A stretch of DNA of 64,000 nucleotides from sequence record MT939492.1; one strand, 5' to 3'. The position numbers were made by a program, and so were the translations under genes. Within the stretch, counting starts at the first letter, position 1; the number at the start of each line of letters is the position of its first letter. Positions 20,349 through 29,569 of the stretch are shown here, one piece after another. A model generated the notes under the pieces. It made no database searches and had not been told where the DNA came from. It worked only from the letters and a program-made list of their open reading frames with translations.

Positions 20349-20846
20349 ATGGCATTTCGCCGCTTCCGCAAGAAACCTGGTAGCAAGATCGGTCCCGATC
20401 GCACCGTCACCTACATGAGCGCTGAAAACGTGCAAGCAGTAGGCACGCCCTCGGTGATCATTTCCATCGGCAGTAAGTACGACAATCGGCCAACGTTCAA
20501 GGTCGAGCACAAGGAAGTGCTGCGTCTGCACTTCGGCATCTCCACCAACACCTTCGAGCCGCACTTCGACGAATCCATGGCCAAGCAGATCGTTGAGCTG
20601 ATCGATCGCTGGCCGGATAATGACATCATCGTCCACTGTGGCGAGGGTCGTATTCGTTCCTCATCCATCGCCCGAGGGATCGAATACTACAGCAAGGGCG
20701 AGATCAGGGTCGACGTTGACCATCCGTTGTGCTCGCGTCACATGCATCAGGAAGATCGTCAGATCGTCCGGACCATGGGGCTCTACGTGCACACCCCCAG
20801 TACTGACAAGGAAAGTGAACATGCGGATCCCGGTAACGTACAGTAA
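20349..20846 (+). CDS. Protein-tyrosine/dual-specificity phosphatase-like protein
   Basis: HCGEGRIRS = HCx5R(S) P-loop signature; start ATG 20349 after GGAG. Confidence 0.75.
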   Translation: MAFRRFRKKPGSKIGPDRTVTYMSAENVQAVGTPSVIISIGSKYDNRPTFKVEHKEVLRLHFGISTNTFEPHFDESMAKQIVELIDRWPDNDIIVHCGEGRIRSSSIARGIEYYSKGEIRVDVDHPLCSRHMHQEDRQIVRTMGLYVHTPSTDKESEHADPGNVQ

Positions 20847-21576
20847 CACCCCGCGCCTGGCGGCGTACTCCGCCTCGTTGTACCGTGCACTGGGTAAGCG
20901 CATCGCAACCTTCGCCACGGCAGAAGATCCCAACATCGTCTTCACCGTTGTTAGCGGCCCGGGTGCTGAGCACTTTGCCTCTAACGAAAACATCCTCGAC
21001 AAGCCCATGAACCAAAGCGGCATCGATCTCGATCAGGCGCTGCTGGTTCCGGTGCCATATTCCGAGGTCGACCACCGGCTGCGTGTGATCTTTGCAGCTC
21101 AGAACGACGACGGCATTGGTAAGGGTGGCGAGCTGCCCTGGCACATCCGTGAAGACCTGCTGCACTTCAAGGCTGCCACGATGGGTTGTCCGGTCATCAT
21201 GGGTCTGCAGACTTACCGCTCTCTGCCGCCCAATGGTCTGCCCAATCGCCATCTCATCGTGGTTTCCACCACGCTGGAATACCAGTCCGGCCAGAAGTTC
21301 GATCTGGTACGCAGCCTCGATGAAGCCATCGCAAGGGCGCGTCATGTCACCGACGAAGAGTACTACGTCATCGGCGGCACGCGTCTGTTCGAGGAGGCGA
21401 TCCGCAAGGCCTCCTGGGTCCATGCGACGGCAGTGCATCATGACCAGAACCAGATGTGTGATGCGTACATCCCCTACATCTGGGAACGGCTGGAATCGGA
21501 CTACTTCTTGATGGACAAGTTCGTCCAACATGAACGCTGCACGATCAAGATGTTCCGTCGGGTACGCAACCCGTAA
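20821..21576 (+). CDS. folA: Dihydrofolate reductase with ~85-aa N-terminal extension
   Basis: GIGKGGELPWHIREDLLHFK, PVIMG..TY.SLP, LPNRH.IVVS, YVIGG..LF motifs. Confidence 0.9.
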   Translation: MRIPVTYSNTPRLAAYSASLYRALGKRIATFATAEDPNIVFTVVSGPGAEHFASNENILDKPMNQSGIDLDQALLVPVPYSEVDHRLRVIFAAQNDDGIGKGGELPWHIREDLLHFKAATMGCPVIMGLQTYRSLPPNGLPNRHLIVVSTTLEYQSGQKFDLVRSLDEAIARARHVTDEEYYVIGGTRLFEEAIRKASWVHATAVHHDQNQMCDAYIPYIWERLESDYFLMDKFVQHERCTIKMFRRVRNP

Positions 21577-21619
21577 GAGCTGGCAGAGCCATCCTATGTT
21601 CACCACAAAGGGAATAGCG

Positions 21620-22495
21620 ATGGCTCTGCTCCTCCGTAAGGGCGACTCCTCCTCGGCAGTCGCCGCTGTCCAGAAAGCTCTGGGCATCAAAGACGATGGC
21701 ATCTTCGGTCCGGGCACCGAAACTGCTGTCAAGAACTTCCAGAAGTCCAAGGGTCTGACTGCTGACGGTCTCGTCGGCGCTGCGACCTTCGCGGCTCTGG
21801 GCCTTGCTCCGGAACCGGCACGCAAGAAGCTGGTTGAGCAGGACTACATCGATGCAGCCAAGCTGCTCAGCAAGCCGAACAAGCCGTGCCTGGTCAATGC
21901 GATCAAGGCCGTGGCCAAGGTGGAAACCTCCGGCGACGCGTTCGGTTCGAATGGTCTGCCGGTGATCCTGTGGGAGCGCCACAAGTTCGACACCTACCTG
22001 GTCGAAGTCGGCAAGCCTGGCGTGCCGCGTTCGGAGATGATCGCGCTGCGTGACAAGCTGCGTCGCGAACAGCCCGAGCTTTGCCTGAACAAGGGCAAGG
22101 TCATGCGGTCGACCTACAACAAGAACCCCGAGCGCTACGTGCCCACCGATCTGTACTCCGGTGGCTCGGCCGAGTGGGCGTTCATGGAACGTGGTCGCAA
22201 GTACAGCGACACCGCTGCCCTGATGTCGGCCTCGTTCGGCATGTTCCAGATCATGGGGTTCAACTACCAGCGCGCTGGCTTCCAGACCGTGCAGGCGTTC
22301 GTTGAAGCCATGAAGATCGGCGAGCGTGAGCACCTGCTGGCGTTCGTGAACTTCATCAAGACCGACTCGCGCCTGTGGGACGCTCTGCTGGCACTGGACT
22401 GGGAAGAGTTCGCTCGCCTGTACAACGGCGCCGGCTACAAGCAGTTCTCGTACCACACCCGCATGGGTGATGCGTTCAAGAGCCTCAACAAGTAA
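21620..22495 (+). CDS. Modular endolysin: PG-binding domain + N-acetylmuramidase (DUF3380-type)
   Basis: N-terminal DGIFGPGTETAVKNFQKSKGL.ADGLVG; C-terminal KVETSG, ILWERHKF, SASFGMFQIMGFNY. Confidence 0.88.
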   Translation: MALLLRKGDSSSAVAAVQKALGIKDDGIFGPGTETAVKNFQKSKGLTADGLVGAATFAALGLAPEPARKKLVEQDYIDAAKLLSKPNKPCLVNAIKAVAKVETSGDAFGSNGLPVILWERHKFDTYLVEVGKPGVPRSEMIALRDKLRREQPELCLNKGKVMRSTYNKNPERYVPTDLYSGGSAEWAFMERGRKYSDTAALMSASFGMFQIMGFNYQRAGFQTVQAFVEAMKIGEREHLLAFVNFIKTDSRLWDALLALDWEEFARLYNGAGYKQFSYHTRMGDAFKSLNK

Positions 22496-22502
22496 AACCA
22501 TG

Positions 22503-22530
22503 GGGGAGAGGGCAACCTCTCTCCTATGCC
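22503..22530 (+). terminator. Hairpin + TATGCC
   Basis: GGGGAGAGG-GCAA-CCTCTCTCC-TATGCC. Confidence 0.7.
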
Positions 22531-22552
22531 GTAAATCAAAGGGAGAAGTACC

Positions 22553-22957
22553 GTGCACGAGTTTGTGGTGGATACCGCATCGGAAGTTCGCCACATGCGA
22601 AAGACCTTGCGGAGATTGAAATTACCGACCCATGAGATCGATGAGTTTGTTTCGGTCGTGCTGATGTTTGTCGGCGAGGTTATCTTCCAGACATTCAGTG
22701 AGGGAATCATCGAGGATGGCTACTTCGAGGAGACCGTCGGGGAGGCGATGTATGAAACCTTCTACGAAAACAACTTCAACGATGTGATCCAAGACACGCA
22801 GATTCTGGAGTGGGTCCGGAACGTGTATTACATGGTGGCTCCTGCAACGGTCCGCGTAGTCTCAGGCAATGGTTTCATCATCTCCGGATTCGGGTTCGCT
22901 CGGTCCTTTGGCGATGATGCGGTCTATTTCTTTGAGGAGACCGATCTACGTCACTAG
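22553..22957 (+). CDS. Hypothetical protein
   Basis: 134 aa, GTG start with RBS GGGAG. Confidence 0.6.
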   Translation: MHEFVVDTASEVRHMRKTLRRLKLPTHEIDEFVSVVLMFVGEVIFQTFSEGIIEDGYFEETVGEAMYETFYENNFNDVIQDTQILEWVRNVYYMVAPATVRVVSGNGFIISGFGFARSFGDDAVYFFEETDLRH

Positions 22958-23014
22958 CGTAAAAACAAACACGTGTTTAAGATCATTTGAACAACCCTCG
23001 GACATCGCCGAAAT

Positions 23015-23338
23015 ATGCACGCCAACCAGATGGTCACCGACGAGGACAAGATCCTCAAGCTGCCCGAAGAACCGCCCAAGGGCAATCGTGCTTTCGCCCT
23101 GAGTTTCATGGTGAAAGATCCCTCGACTCCAGCGCAGCATGCGCTGGTGCGTTCCTGCCTGCTGGAGAACGTACTCCTGCGTGACACGCGCTTCAGTCAT
23201 CTGAGCGTGTTGCCGGAGAACTTCATCCAGCCTCTGGTCGATGTGTGGCGCGAAGAGACCAGTCCCGAAGCACGCCTGCGGGAACTGTTCGTCATGCAGC
23301 GCCCGCGTCGAAAGTTCAAGAAGAAGAAGCGCGGCTAA
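23015..23338 (+). CDS. Hypothetical protein, basic C-terminus
   Basis: 107 aa ORF; start uncertain. Confidence 0.55.
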   Translation: MHANQMVTDEDKILKLPEEPPKGNRAFALSFMVKDPSTPAQHALVRSCLLENVLLRDTRFSHLSVLPENFIQPLVDVWREETSPEARLRELFVMQRPRRKFKKKKRG

Positions 23339-23379
23339 TCCCCGCAAAAAAAAAAACCACCCAAGGGAAATGCACCAAC

Positions 23380-23652
23380 ATGTACAAGAAGAATCTCCTG
23401 ACCTCGGCCATCGAGAACGTCCTGGCTCGCCAGTATGTGGAACATCAGCAGAAGCTGCAGCTGGAAAACGTTCGTCGCGCCGCTGCCGAGCGCGCAGCGC
23501 AGCGCCTGCAGAAGGTCGGCGGTAAGCTGAACTACGACGCCATGCCGTACGTGCCGGCGACGGAGAACATCTACGAAGGTGATCCGGATCTGCTCGCGCA
23601 GGTCAACGACATCATCTCCGGCAACCTGGTCGCAGCAGCGCTGGGTCATTGA
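23380..23652 (+). CDS. Hypothetical protein
   Basis: 90 aa from ATG 23380, good codon bias. Confidence 0.6.
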   Translation: MYKKNLLTSAIENVLARQYVEHQQKLQLENVRRAAAERAAQRLQKVGGKLNYDAMPYVPATENIYEGDPDLLAQVNDIISGNLVAAALGH

Positions 23653-23657
23653 TCAGC

Positions 23658-23686
23658 AGAGGGAGGGCTCAGGCCCTCCCTCTATG
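23658..23686 (+). terminator. Hairpin + ATG(G)
   Basis: AGAGGGAGGGC-TCAG-GCCCTCCCTCT-ATG. Confidence 0.65.
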
Positions 23687-23694
23687 GAGCTTAG

Positions 23695-24396
23695 ATGAAC
23701 AGCTATAATCGAAATGGTCGACTGATTGCCATTGAAGGCGGTGATGCAGTTGGCAAGGGGACCGTGCTGGGTAAACTGGTCGGCTACCTCGAAGACCGTG
23801 AAATCCCCTACGCGATCGCAAGTTCGTGGACCAGTACGCAGCTGGGTCGCGAGATCTACCCGATCATCACCAACTCGGGTCTGGGCCTGAATCCGTTCCT
23901 GCGGGCATCGCTCGCACTGACGGTACATCGCTCGATCTGGGAGGAGATCAGCAAGCCTGCGCTGGCTGCTGGTAAGCTGGTGCTGATGGATCGCTCCTAC
24001 CTGAGCACGCTGGTCTACCAGTGCAAGCTGGAAGGTTGCCCGATGGACGACTTCAATCGCCTGCGCGACACCATCCTGCCAGCCGGCATGCCGGACCTGA
24101 CGCTGCTGCTGTGCTGCAATGTCTCCACCTCGCTGGAGCGCATCGCTGCTCGTAGTGGTAAGATGGATCCGATGGACACCAAGGATCCCAACAAGATCGC
24201 AGCTATCCGTCAGCACTACATCCAGGCCGCACGTGAAGAAGTCCGCAATCGCGTCGCCATCCTCGATACCGACTGTGGTCAGGAGATGGTGCTCAATCGA
24301 GCACTGACCCTGCTTCATCAAGCTGGCATCCTTCGTCATGTGGAGGATGACTACCTCGTTGAACGTGGTGCTGGTATCGGAGGATTCGCGCTGTGA
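23695..24396 (+). CDS. tmk: Thymidylate (dTMP) kinase
   Basis: P-loop IEGGDAVGKGT, DRSYLSTLVYQ, PDLTLLL. Confidence 0.88.
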   Translation: MNSYNRNGRLIAIEGGDAVGKGTVLGKLVGYLEDREIPYAIASSWTSTQLGREIYPIITNSGLGLNPFLRASLALTVHRSIWEEISKPALAAGKLVLMDRSYLSTLVYQCKLEGCPMDDFNRLRDTILPAGMPDLTLLLCCNVSTSLERIAARSGKMDPMDTKDPNKIAAIRQHYIQAAREEVRNRVAILDTDCGQEMVLNRALTLLHQAGILRHVEDDYLVERGAGIGGFAL

Positions 24397-24668
24397 ACCA
24401 CAAGTCCAACAAGTCCCTGGAAGAGCTGCGTAAGGAATACGGCCGGTCCGTAGTCATGTTCGTTCTCTACGGTGCTCTTGCAACATTCGACATCAGCTAT
24501 GGACTCCTCTTCCTCTTCCAGCCCACGCACCCACTGGATCCGATCGCTGCTATCCTCTGCTTTGCGATTGCTCTGTGGGCCAACTACAACGCAACGCTCG
24601 CCCAGCGGCGCTACAAGATCTTGGAGGCGCGGCTCTTGCCCTCCAAGGAAGGCAAGAAAGATGACTGA
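24393..24668 (+). CDS. Small membrane protein (2 TM)
   Basis: 91 aa with two hydrophobic segments; GTGA overlap. Confidence 0.6.
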   Translation: MNHKSNKSLEELRKEYGRSVVMFVLYGALATFDISYGLLFLFQPTHPLDPIAAILCFAIALWANYNATLAQRRYKILEARLLPSKEGKKDD

Positions 24669-25110
24669 TCTCTCATCCGTTGACCCCTACGCCGAGCGCA
24701 ACCTGCTGATGGCGCTGCTGTCCCACAGTTACCCGGCCTTCATCTGCCGTACCAATGAACATGGCTGGGACGAAGACTGGCGCTGGTGCTGCTATCTGCA
24801 GCTGCCCTCGGGTCAGATCAACTTCCACTTCCACGACTCCCAGCTGATGCTCTTCCAGCATCTGCCGGTCAAGGAAGCGGGGTGGGACGGTGCTGACAAG
24901 AAGGAAGTCCTGATTCGTCTGGACACCGCAGTGCGTCAGTTCGGCGATCTTACCCACGTGCCGAAGGTTGATCTGGCGTGGCTGGTCGAAGACGTCCGTA
25001 TCGCCTCGCGTAACCTGGGCGGTAAGTCGGCACTGACGGCCATCAACGAGCTGGTCGATCGAGCCAAGGAACACAACAAGCAGTACGAAATCCAAAAGGA
25101 GAAGTTTTGA
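24661..25110 (+). CDS. Phage protein with LPxGQ..H..WDG motif
   Basis: 149 aa from ATG 24661; WRWCCYLQLPSGQINFHFHD...WDGADK. Confidence 0.65.
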   Translation: MTDLSSVDPYAERNLLMALLSHSYPAFICRTNEHGWDEDWRWCCYLQLPSGQINFHFHDSQLMLFQHLPVKEAGWDGADKKEVLIRLDTAVRQFGDLTHVPKVDLAWLVEDVRIASRNLGGKSALTAINELVDRAKEHNKQYEIQKEKF

Positions 25111-25520
25111 ACGCCGTCTATCCCTATCTGGTCTGGTGTCTTGCCATCGTGATCGTGATCATGCTGCTAGCTCTGGTGTACCTGGGCCGACAGATCCGTC
25201 TGGTCTACGTGGCTCGCAAGCAGTACGAGGCTAGTGCCTCCAAGGCTGCGGCCATGGCTACTCACATGGAGAAGGAGTACAACGCGCTGGCGCAGGACTG
25301 CCACATCCTCTACTTCGCGCTGGCCAACGCATGGTCCTCGTTCCGAGTGATGAAGGATGGTCAGTGGCATGTCTACATCAGCTTGCCGACTGGCCTGGTG
25401 GTGTACGTCCTGCCCGAAGATCAGGTCGAGCTGTTCTCCGTGATCGCCGAGGGTAAGGATCCGGAAGAAGTCATCACTCCGGTCCAAGTGCGTGAGCGCC
25501 TGCTCGGCACCGCAATCTAA
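25107..25520 (+). CDS. Membrane-anchored paralogue of the upstream gene
   Basis: TTG start; N-terminal TM; WHVYISLPTGLVVY resembles the upstream motif. Confidence 0.6.
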   Translation: MNAVYPYLVWCLAIVIVIMLLALVYLGRQIRLVYVARKQYEASASKAAAMATHMEKEYNALAQDCHILYFALANAWSSFRVMKDGQWHVYISLPTGLVVYVLPEDQVELFSVIAEGKDPEEVITPVQVRERLLGTAI

Positions 25521-25529
25521 GGAGGTTCC

Positions 25530-25805
25530 ATGGAGCGTACCTTTGTAGTGGCCACTCCCAGCGGCGCATTGGGTGGTCACGACACCCAGTCGCTTTCTCT
25601 GGCTCTGAAGTGGTACTTCGAGTATCCGGAGAAGTCCGCCCTCTTCCTTCAACTCGACAGTGGTGACCTGCAGGAGCTGAAAGTTCCTGCCGAGGTCAAG
25701 ACCCTCGATGAGTTGATGTCCTTCGCTCAAGCCAGGATCCCCACGCCAGAGCTTACCTACGACGACAAGTTCGAGGTCATCCTCGGCTTGCGCAAAATGA
25801 TCTAG
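25530..25805 (+). CDS. Hypothetical protein
   Basis: 91 aa, RBS AGGAGG. Confidence 0.65.
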   Translation: MERTFVVATPSGALGGHDTQSLSLALKWYFEYPEKSALFLQLDSGDLQELKVPAEVKTLDELMSFAQARIPTPELTYDDKFEVILGLRKMI

Positions 25806-25813
25806 GATCAAGC

Positions 25814-26209
25814 ATGCGTAAACATTTCTACGTCAAGTACGGCGACAACCGGAGCATGGGTGTTGCAGCAATCACCCGCATCGATGACAAGCTTGAGATC
25901 ATTCTCAACGACTCGCTGATGGTTGCTCTGATCGCCTACTTCCAAGCCAAGGGTCGTCCCAACGTCCGTTTGATGATGGGGCCGTACGTGGACAAGGGAG
26001 ATGTCCCCAATGAAGCCGATGCTCAGGAAATCGGTTCCATTGCCAAGTACGGTTCTCTGGTGGAGCTGTGTGCTGCCGCCGGAGTGCGCCTGCCTGAAGA
26101 AGGACGGATTATCCTCCGTCCCCGCAAGGCTGGCCTCACTGCTGCACTGAACAACATCAACCGGACGCTTGAAGCGTTCTTGGTGGATGCCGAGAAGGTA
26201 GATGGCTAA
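25814..26209 (+). CDS. Hypothetical protein
   Basis: 131 aa ORF in operon. Confidence 0.6.
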   Translation: MRKHFYVKYGDNRSMGVAAITRIDDKLEIILNDSLMVALIAYFQAKGRPNVRLMMGPYVDKGDVPNEADAQEIGSIAKYGSLVELCAAAGVRLPEEGRIILRPRKAGLTAALNNINRTLEAFLVDAEKVDG

Positions 26210-26552
26210 GAAGATATACCGTGAAGGGAAGAATAGTACCTTCACATCCAACGGCAAGACCTACGGACTGGACGGCATTTTCGAGGCGACGCACAAGTAC
26301 TCGATTACCGTCATGCCCGTGTCCAAGTTGAGCTGGGTAATTCCATATACCAAGCCCGACGCGGATCGCATCGACAAGGCCGACGTCAAGGTTCCGATCA
26401 TCGTGGTACGTGATCTGTCCCAGCCGGCAGCAGAGCAGTTCATCGTGGTAGACGGTTTGCATCGCCTGGCAAGGGCGATTCGAGATGGCCTCAAGGTTAT
26501 CCCGACCAAGCTGATCTCCAAAGCACTTTTGGCTCAATACGAAATCAAGTAA
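26202..26552 (+). CDS. ParB/Sulfiredoxin N-terminal-like domain protein
   Basis: PIIVV...IVVDGLHRLARA signature. Confidence 0.7.
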   Translation: MAKKIYREGKNSTFTSNGKTYGLDGIFEATHKYSITVMPVSKLSWVIPYTKPDADRIDKADVKVPIIVVRDLSQPAAEQFIVVDGLHRLARAIRDGLKVIPTKLISKALLAQYEIK

Positions 26553-26561
26553 GGGGAAGTC

Positions 26562-27785
26562 ATGCGTCAGTACATTGAGATGCTCAAGCACGTGTTCAAC
26601 GTTGGTCGCCATCGCAGCGATCGCACTGGCACGGGCACCATGTCCACCTTCGGCTACCAGGCACGCTTCAAGCTGAAGGAAGGCCTGCCTGTGGTTACCG
26701 GCAAGGAGATCCACCTGCCGTCGGTCATCCACGAGCTGCTGTGGCTCATCAAGGGCGATACCAACATCGCCTACCTGCAGGCCAACGGCGTGCGCATCTG
26801 GAACGAATGGGCGGCGCCTGAGGACGTGTACGTCACCTCCCCGATGCTGCCGAGGCAGATGGTTGATGCGCTCGTGGCGCATGATCCGTTCCTGAAGGCG
26901 TGGGCCAACATCAACATCCTCAGCCCGGACTACCTGAGCGAAAAGCTGACCAGTCTCGGCTTGCCCATCACCCAGAGCGTCAAGGTCAAGAGCAAGGGCG
27001 ACCTGGGTCCGGTGTACGGCAAGCAGTGGCGCAACGTCGAAGACACCCGCCTGATCACGCAGGACGAGTACGTGGCCGGCGTGTACGCTGACAAGTACGA
27101 CATCTCGCTGGTGCCGGTGAAGATGGCTCACGGCGAGTTCTACGTCGCCACACGCAAGGTCGACCAGCTGGCCAACGCCATCGAGATCCTCAAGCGTGAT
27201 CCGGACAGCCGCCGTATCCTGGTGGACTCGTGGAACCCGGCTGACCTGGACCACATGGCGCTGACCCCGTGTCACAACCTGTTCCAGTTCGGCACCACCC
27301 CGCTGACCCGTGAAGAACGCTGGGCTCTGTTCAGCGACCTCGGCAAGAGCCCGGAGCTGGCCAAGATCCGCCGTGACATTCGTGACAATGGTTTCGACGC
27401 TGACAACATCGAACATGGCGCCTTCGACGAAGCCCTGAAGATCCACGGCGTTCCGACCCATCGCCTGAACTGCATGGTGAACATCCGCTCCAACGACATC
27501 TTCCTGGGCGCGCCGTTCAACATCGCCAGCTATGCGATCCTGACCCACATGGTGGCGCAGGTGGTCGGTATGGACGTTGGCGAGCTGGTGTACAACATCG
27601 GTGACATGCACGTCTACAAGGACCACATCGAAAAGGTCGGCATCCAGCTCAAGCGCGAGCCTTACCCGCTCCCCACCCTGATGCTCAACCCGGCGATCAA
27701 GAACATCGACGATTTCACCATCGACGATATCAAGGTCGTGAACTACCAACATCACCCCAAGATCAGTGCCAAGGTATCCGTATGA
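26562..27785 (+). CDS. thyA: Thymidylate synthase with three insertions
   Basis: DRTGTGT, ELLWLIKG, WNEWA, LGPVYGKQWR, SRRILVDSWN, LTPCH, RSNDIFLGAPFNIASY, GDMHVY. Confidence 0.95.
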   Translation: MRQYIEMLKHVFNVGRHRSDRTGTGTMSTFGYQARFKLKEGLPVVTGKEIHLPSVIHELLWLIKGDTNIAYLQANGVRIWNEWAAPEDVYVTSPMLPRQMVDALVAHDPFLKAWANINILSPDYLSEKLTSLGLPITQSVKVKSKGDLGPVYGKQWRNVEDTRLITQDEYVAGVYADKYDISLVPVKMAHGEFYVATRKVDQLANAIEILKRDPDSRRILVDSWNPADLDHMALTPCHNLFQFGTTPLTREERWALFSDLGKSPELAKIRRDIRDNGFDADNIEHGAFDEALKIHGVPTHRLNCMVNIRSNDIFLGAPFNIASYAILTHMVAQVVGMDVGELVYNIGDMHVYKDHIEKVGIQLKREPYPLPTLMLNPAIKNIDDFTIDDIKVVNYQHHPKISAKVSV

Positions 27786-28231
27786 ACAGCGTCCTGACTC
27801 TTCCCCTCGTAAACCTCATCAAGCCCATCAGCGACGACCTGGCCAATCTCGCCAAGGAAACCGTCCATCGCGGCGTGGTTTTCACCATGTTTCCCTTCCC
27901 GGTCGAAGGGCCGATCAATCTCATGACCGCCAGCCACAACGCGGCCACCGACGCATCGTTCATCACCTCCCCGGCTGATGGCTGTCGTGTGGATGGCGTT
28001 GGCCTGTTGGTCATCAAGGACACCCACGGCAAGGTGAAGGTTGTCCCGGCCAAGCAGCTGGAGCCCAAGACGCGCGGTGGTAGCCCTCTGGCAGTCGGGT
28101 ACGGGGAGCACTTCCTCAAGGCCAGCGTGGACGAATACAACGTCATCCGGGTGGACGAGCACAGCGAGCAGGTGATCGGTTACTACCTGTCCGGTGAACG
28201 CACCAACCTCAATCACAACAGCCACCGATGA
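27782..28231 (+). CDS. Hypothetical protein
   Basis: 149 aa, ATGA overlap with thyA. Confidence 0.6.
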   Translation: MNSVLTLPLVNLIKPISDDLANLAKETVHRGVVFTMFPFPVEGPINLMTASHNAATDASFITSPADGCRVDGVGLLVIKDTHGKVKVVPAKQLEPKTRGGSPLAVGYGEHFLKASVDEYNVIRVDEHSEQVIGYYLSGERTNLNHNSHR

Positions 28232-28515
28232 GCGACAAGACAAAGGAAGTCCTTTCGATCATCGGGTTCCTCCTTTTCCTGTTCGCGGTGATCGCTGGTG
28301 TTGTGGTCGCTGCCGTGCAGGAACAGGAGGCCAAGGAGCGCCAACAAGCGGCGGTGCGTAACTGCACCGCCACTGGCCATCAGCGGTTTGAGAAGAAGGA
28401 CAGCGTGTCTGTCGGCATGTCCACCAGTGGGGAGTTCATAACCACTCCTACCAAGGAGATCGTCATTCTCAACGAGTATCTCTGCCCGGACGGGTTGACA
28501 CGCTACGCTGAGTAG
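28228..28515 (+). CDS. Small membrane-anchored protein with two Cys (family member 1)
   Basis: N-terminal TM; C-T-x-T ... EYLCPDG. Confidence 0.65.
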   Translation: MSDKTKEVLSIIGFLLFLFAVIAGVVVAAVQEQEAKERQQAAVRNCTATGHQRFEKKDSVSVGMSTSGEFITTPTKEIVILNEYLCPDGLTRYAE

Positions 28516-28567
28516 CCAAAGGGTAAGCTGACGCCCTTTTAATGTCAGCACTAGCACAGGAATCCAA

Positions 28568-29110
28568 ATGGAAACCACAGCGAAGTCGTACCACGAAGTT
28601 CTCGCCAGCAACCCGACACTGGTTGATTACGTCAGAGTCGTTACCGAGATGATCCATTGCGGTGCCGCTCGTAAGGCGTCGGGATTTTCGGTAGAGGTCG
28701 GTCCTATTAAGCAGGCTCTGGAGCACAGCTTCTTCCGCATCCATGGTCCCCGCCAATCGGGCATGACCTTGGCGATCAAGGAACTGGCTACCGAACCTAC
28801 CGACTTGGTCCTGTTCAAGGATCTCCACAACTTGACCCTCTTCAGGGAAAACCCGCTGCACAAGAAAAGTAGGGCCCTTCTCAGAAGCGCCACTACCGAC
28901 TACAGCCGCGAGGTGCGCGCCAATTTACCTGAGTTTGACAAGATGCAACGTGCTGGGAAACTGATGCCCATCGGTGAGGACGGATTCAAGCCAAAACGCA
29001 TCTTCCTCGATGAGTCGACCACCTGGTTCTATCGGGAGTTCGATGAGCGTTCGTTCATTCGTTGGTGCACCCATCGCTTTGGTGAAGTGCCGTTGATCAT
29101 CGGGCTGTGA
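28568..29110 (+). CDS. Degenerate P-loop NTPase-like protein
   Basis: GPRQSGMT (Walker A-like, Lys absent), RIFLDE (Walker B-like). Confidence 0.5.
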   Translation: METTAKSYHEVLASNPTLVDYVRVVTEMIHCGAARKASGFSVEVGPIKQALEHSFFRIHGPRQSGMTLAIKELATEPTDLVLFKDLHNLTLFRENPLHKKSRALLRSATTDYSREVRANLPEFDKMQRAGKLMPIGEDGFKPKRIFLDESTTWFYREFDERSFIRWCTHRFGEVPLIIGL

Positions 29111-29111
29111 G

Positions 29112-29151
29112 GGCATAAAGGCAGGAGAGCCTTCGGGCTCTCCTGTATGCC
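29112..29151. terminator. GGCATA-hairpin-TATGCC
   Basis: GGCATA..CAGGAGAGCC-TTCG-GGCTCTCCTG-TATGCC. Confidence 0.75.
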
Positions 29152-29203
29152 GTAAATCCGGATAGCCTATTCGGATGTAATGAACTAAGCGGGGAAGTGT
29201 GCC

Positions 29204-29563
29204 GTGAAACCTGAAGACGTAAAGAAACAATGGGGCGAGGAGATTCGCGAGATCATCATCGGCGAGGTCCGTGAATCCCAACTGCGCCACAACAACTGGA
29301 TGGACAACGGCGATAAGGAGTACGAACTCAATCGCTGGGTTCCGCTCATGCTCAAGTCGCGCAGCACGTACTCCAAACAGATCCCCGGGACGTATCACCA
29401 GCACGAGGTGTCCTGGAACGAGCGCGAGATCTGGGTTCGTGTGGACTTCATCCTTGAGGGTGATCTCCAGACGGTGGAAGTGACTCACAACTTCCAAACA
29501 CAATTTACCAATACGCGGCAGGGAAACCTCTTTGCCAATCACAAGCAACCCAAGCTCATCTGA
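29204..29563 (+). CDS. Hypothetical protein
   Basis: 119 aa, GTG start. Confidence 0.6.
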   Translation: MKPEDVKKQWGEEIREIIIGEVRESQLRHNNWMDNGDKEYELNRWVPLMLKSRSTYSKQIPGTYHQHEVSWNEREIWVRVDFILEGDLQTVEVTHNFQTQFTNTRQGNLFANHKQPKLI

Positions 29564-29569
29564 CAAGGA

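Noticed and set aside
23346-23356. A11 run (also T runs at 1, 15270, 37549) as programmed frameshift or phase-variation sites
   Set aside because: All are intergenic, so they do not alter reading frames; more likely terminator or promoter tracts
26562-27785. dCMP hydroxymethylase / hypermodified DNA
   Set aside because: The dUMP-specifying Asn (PFN) is retained, and no glycosyl- or amino-transferases were seen in the window
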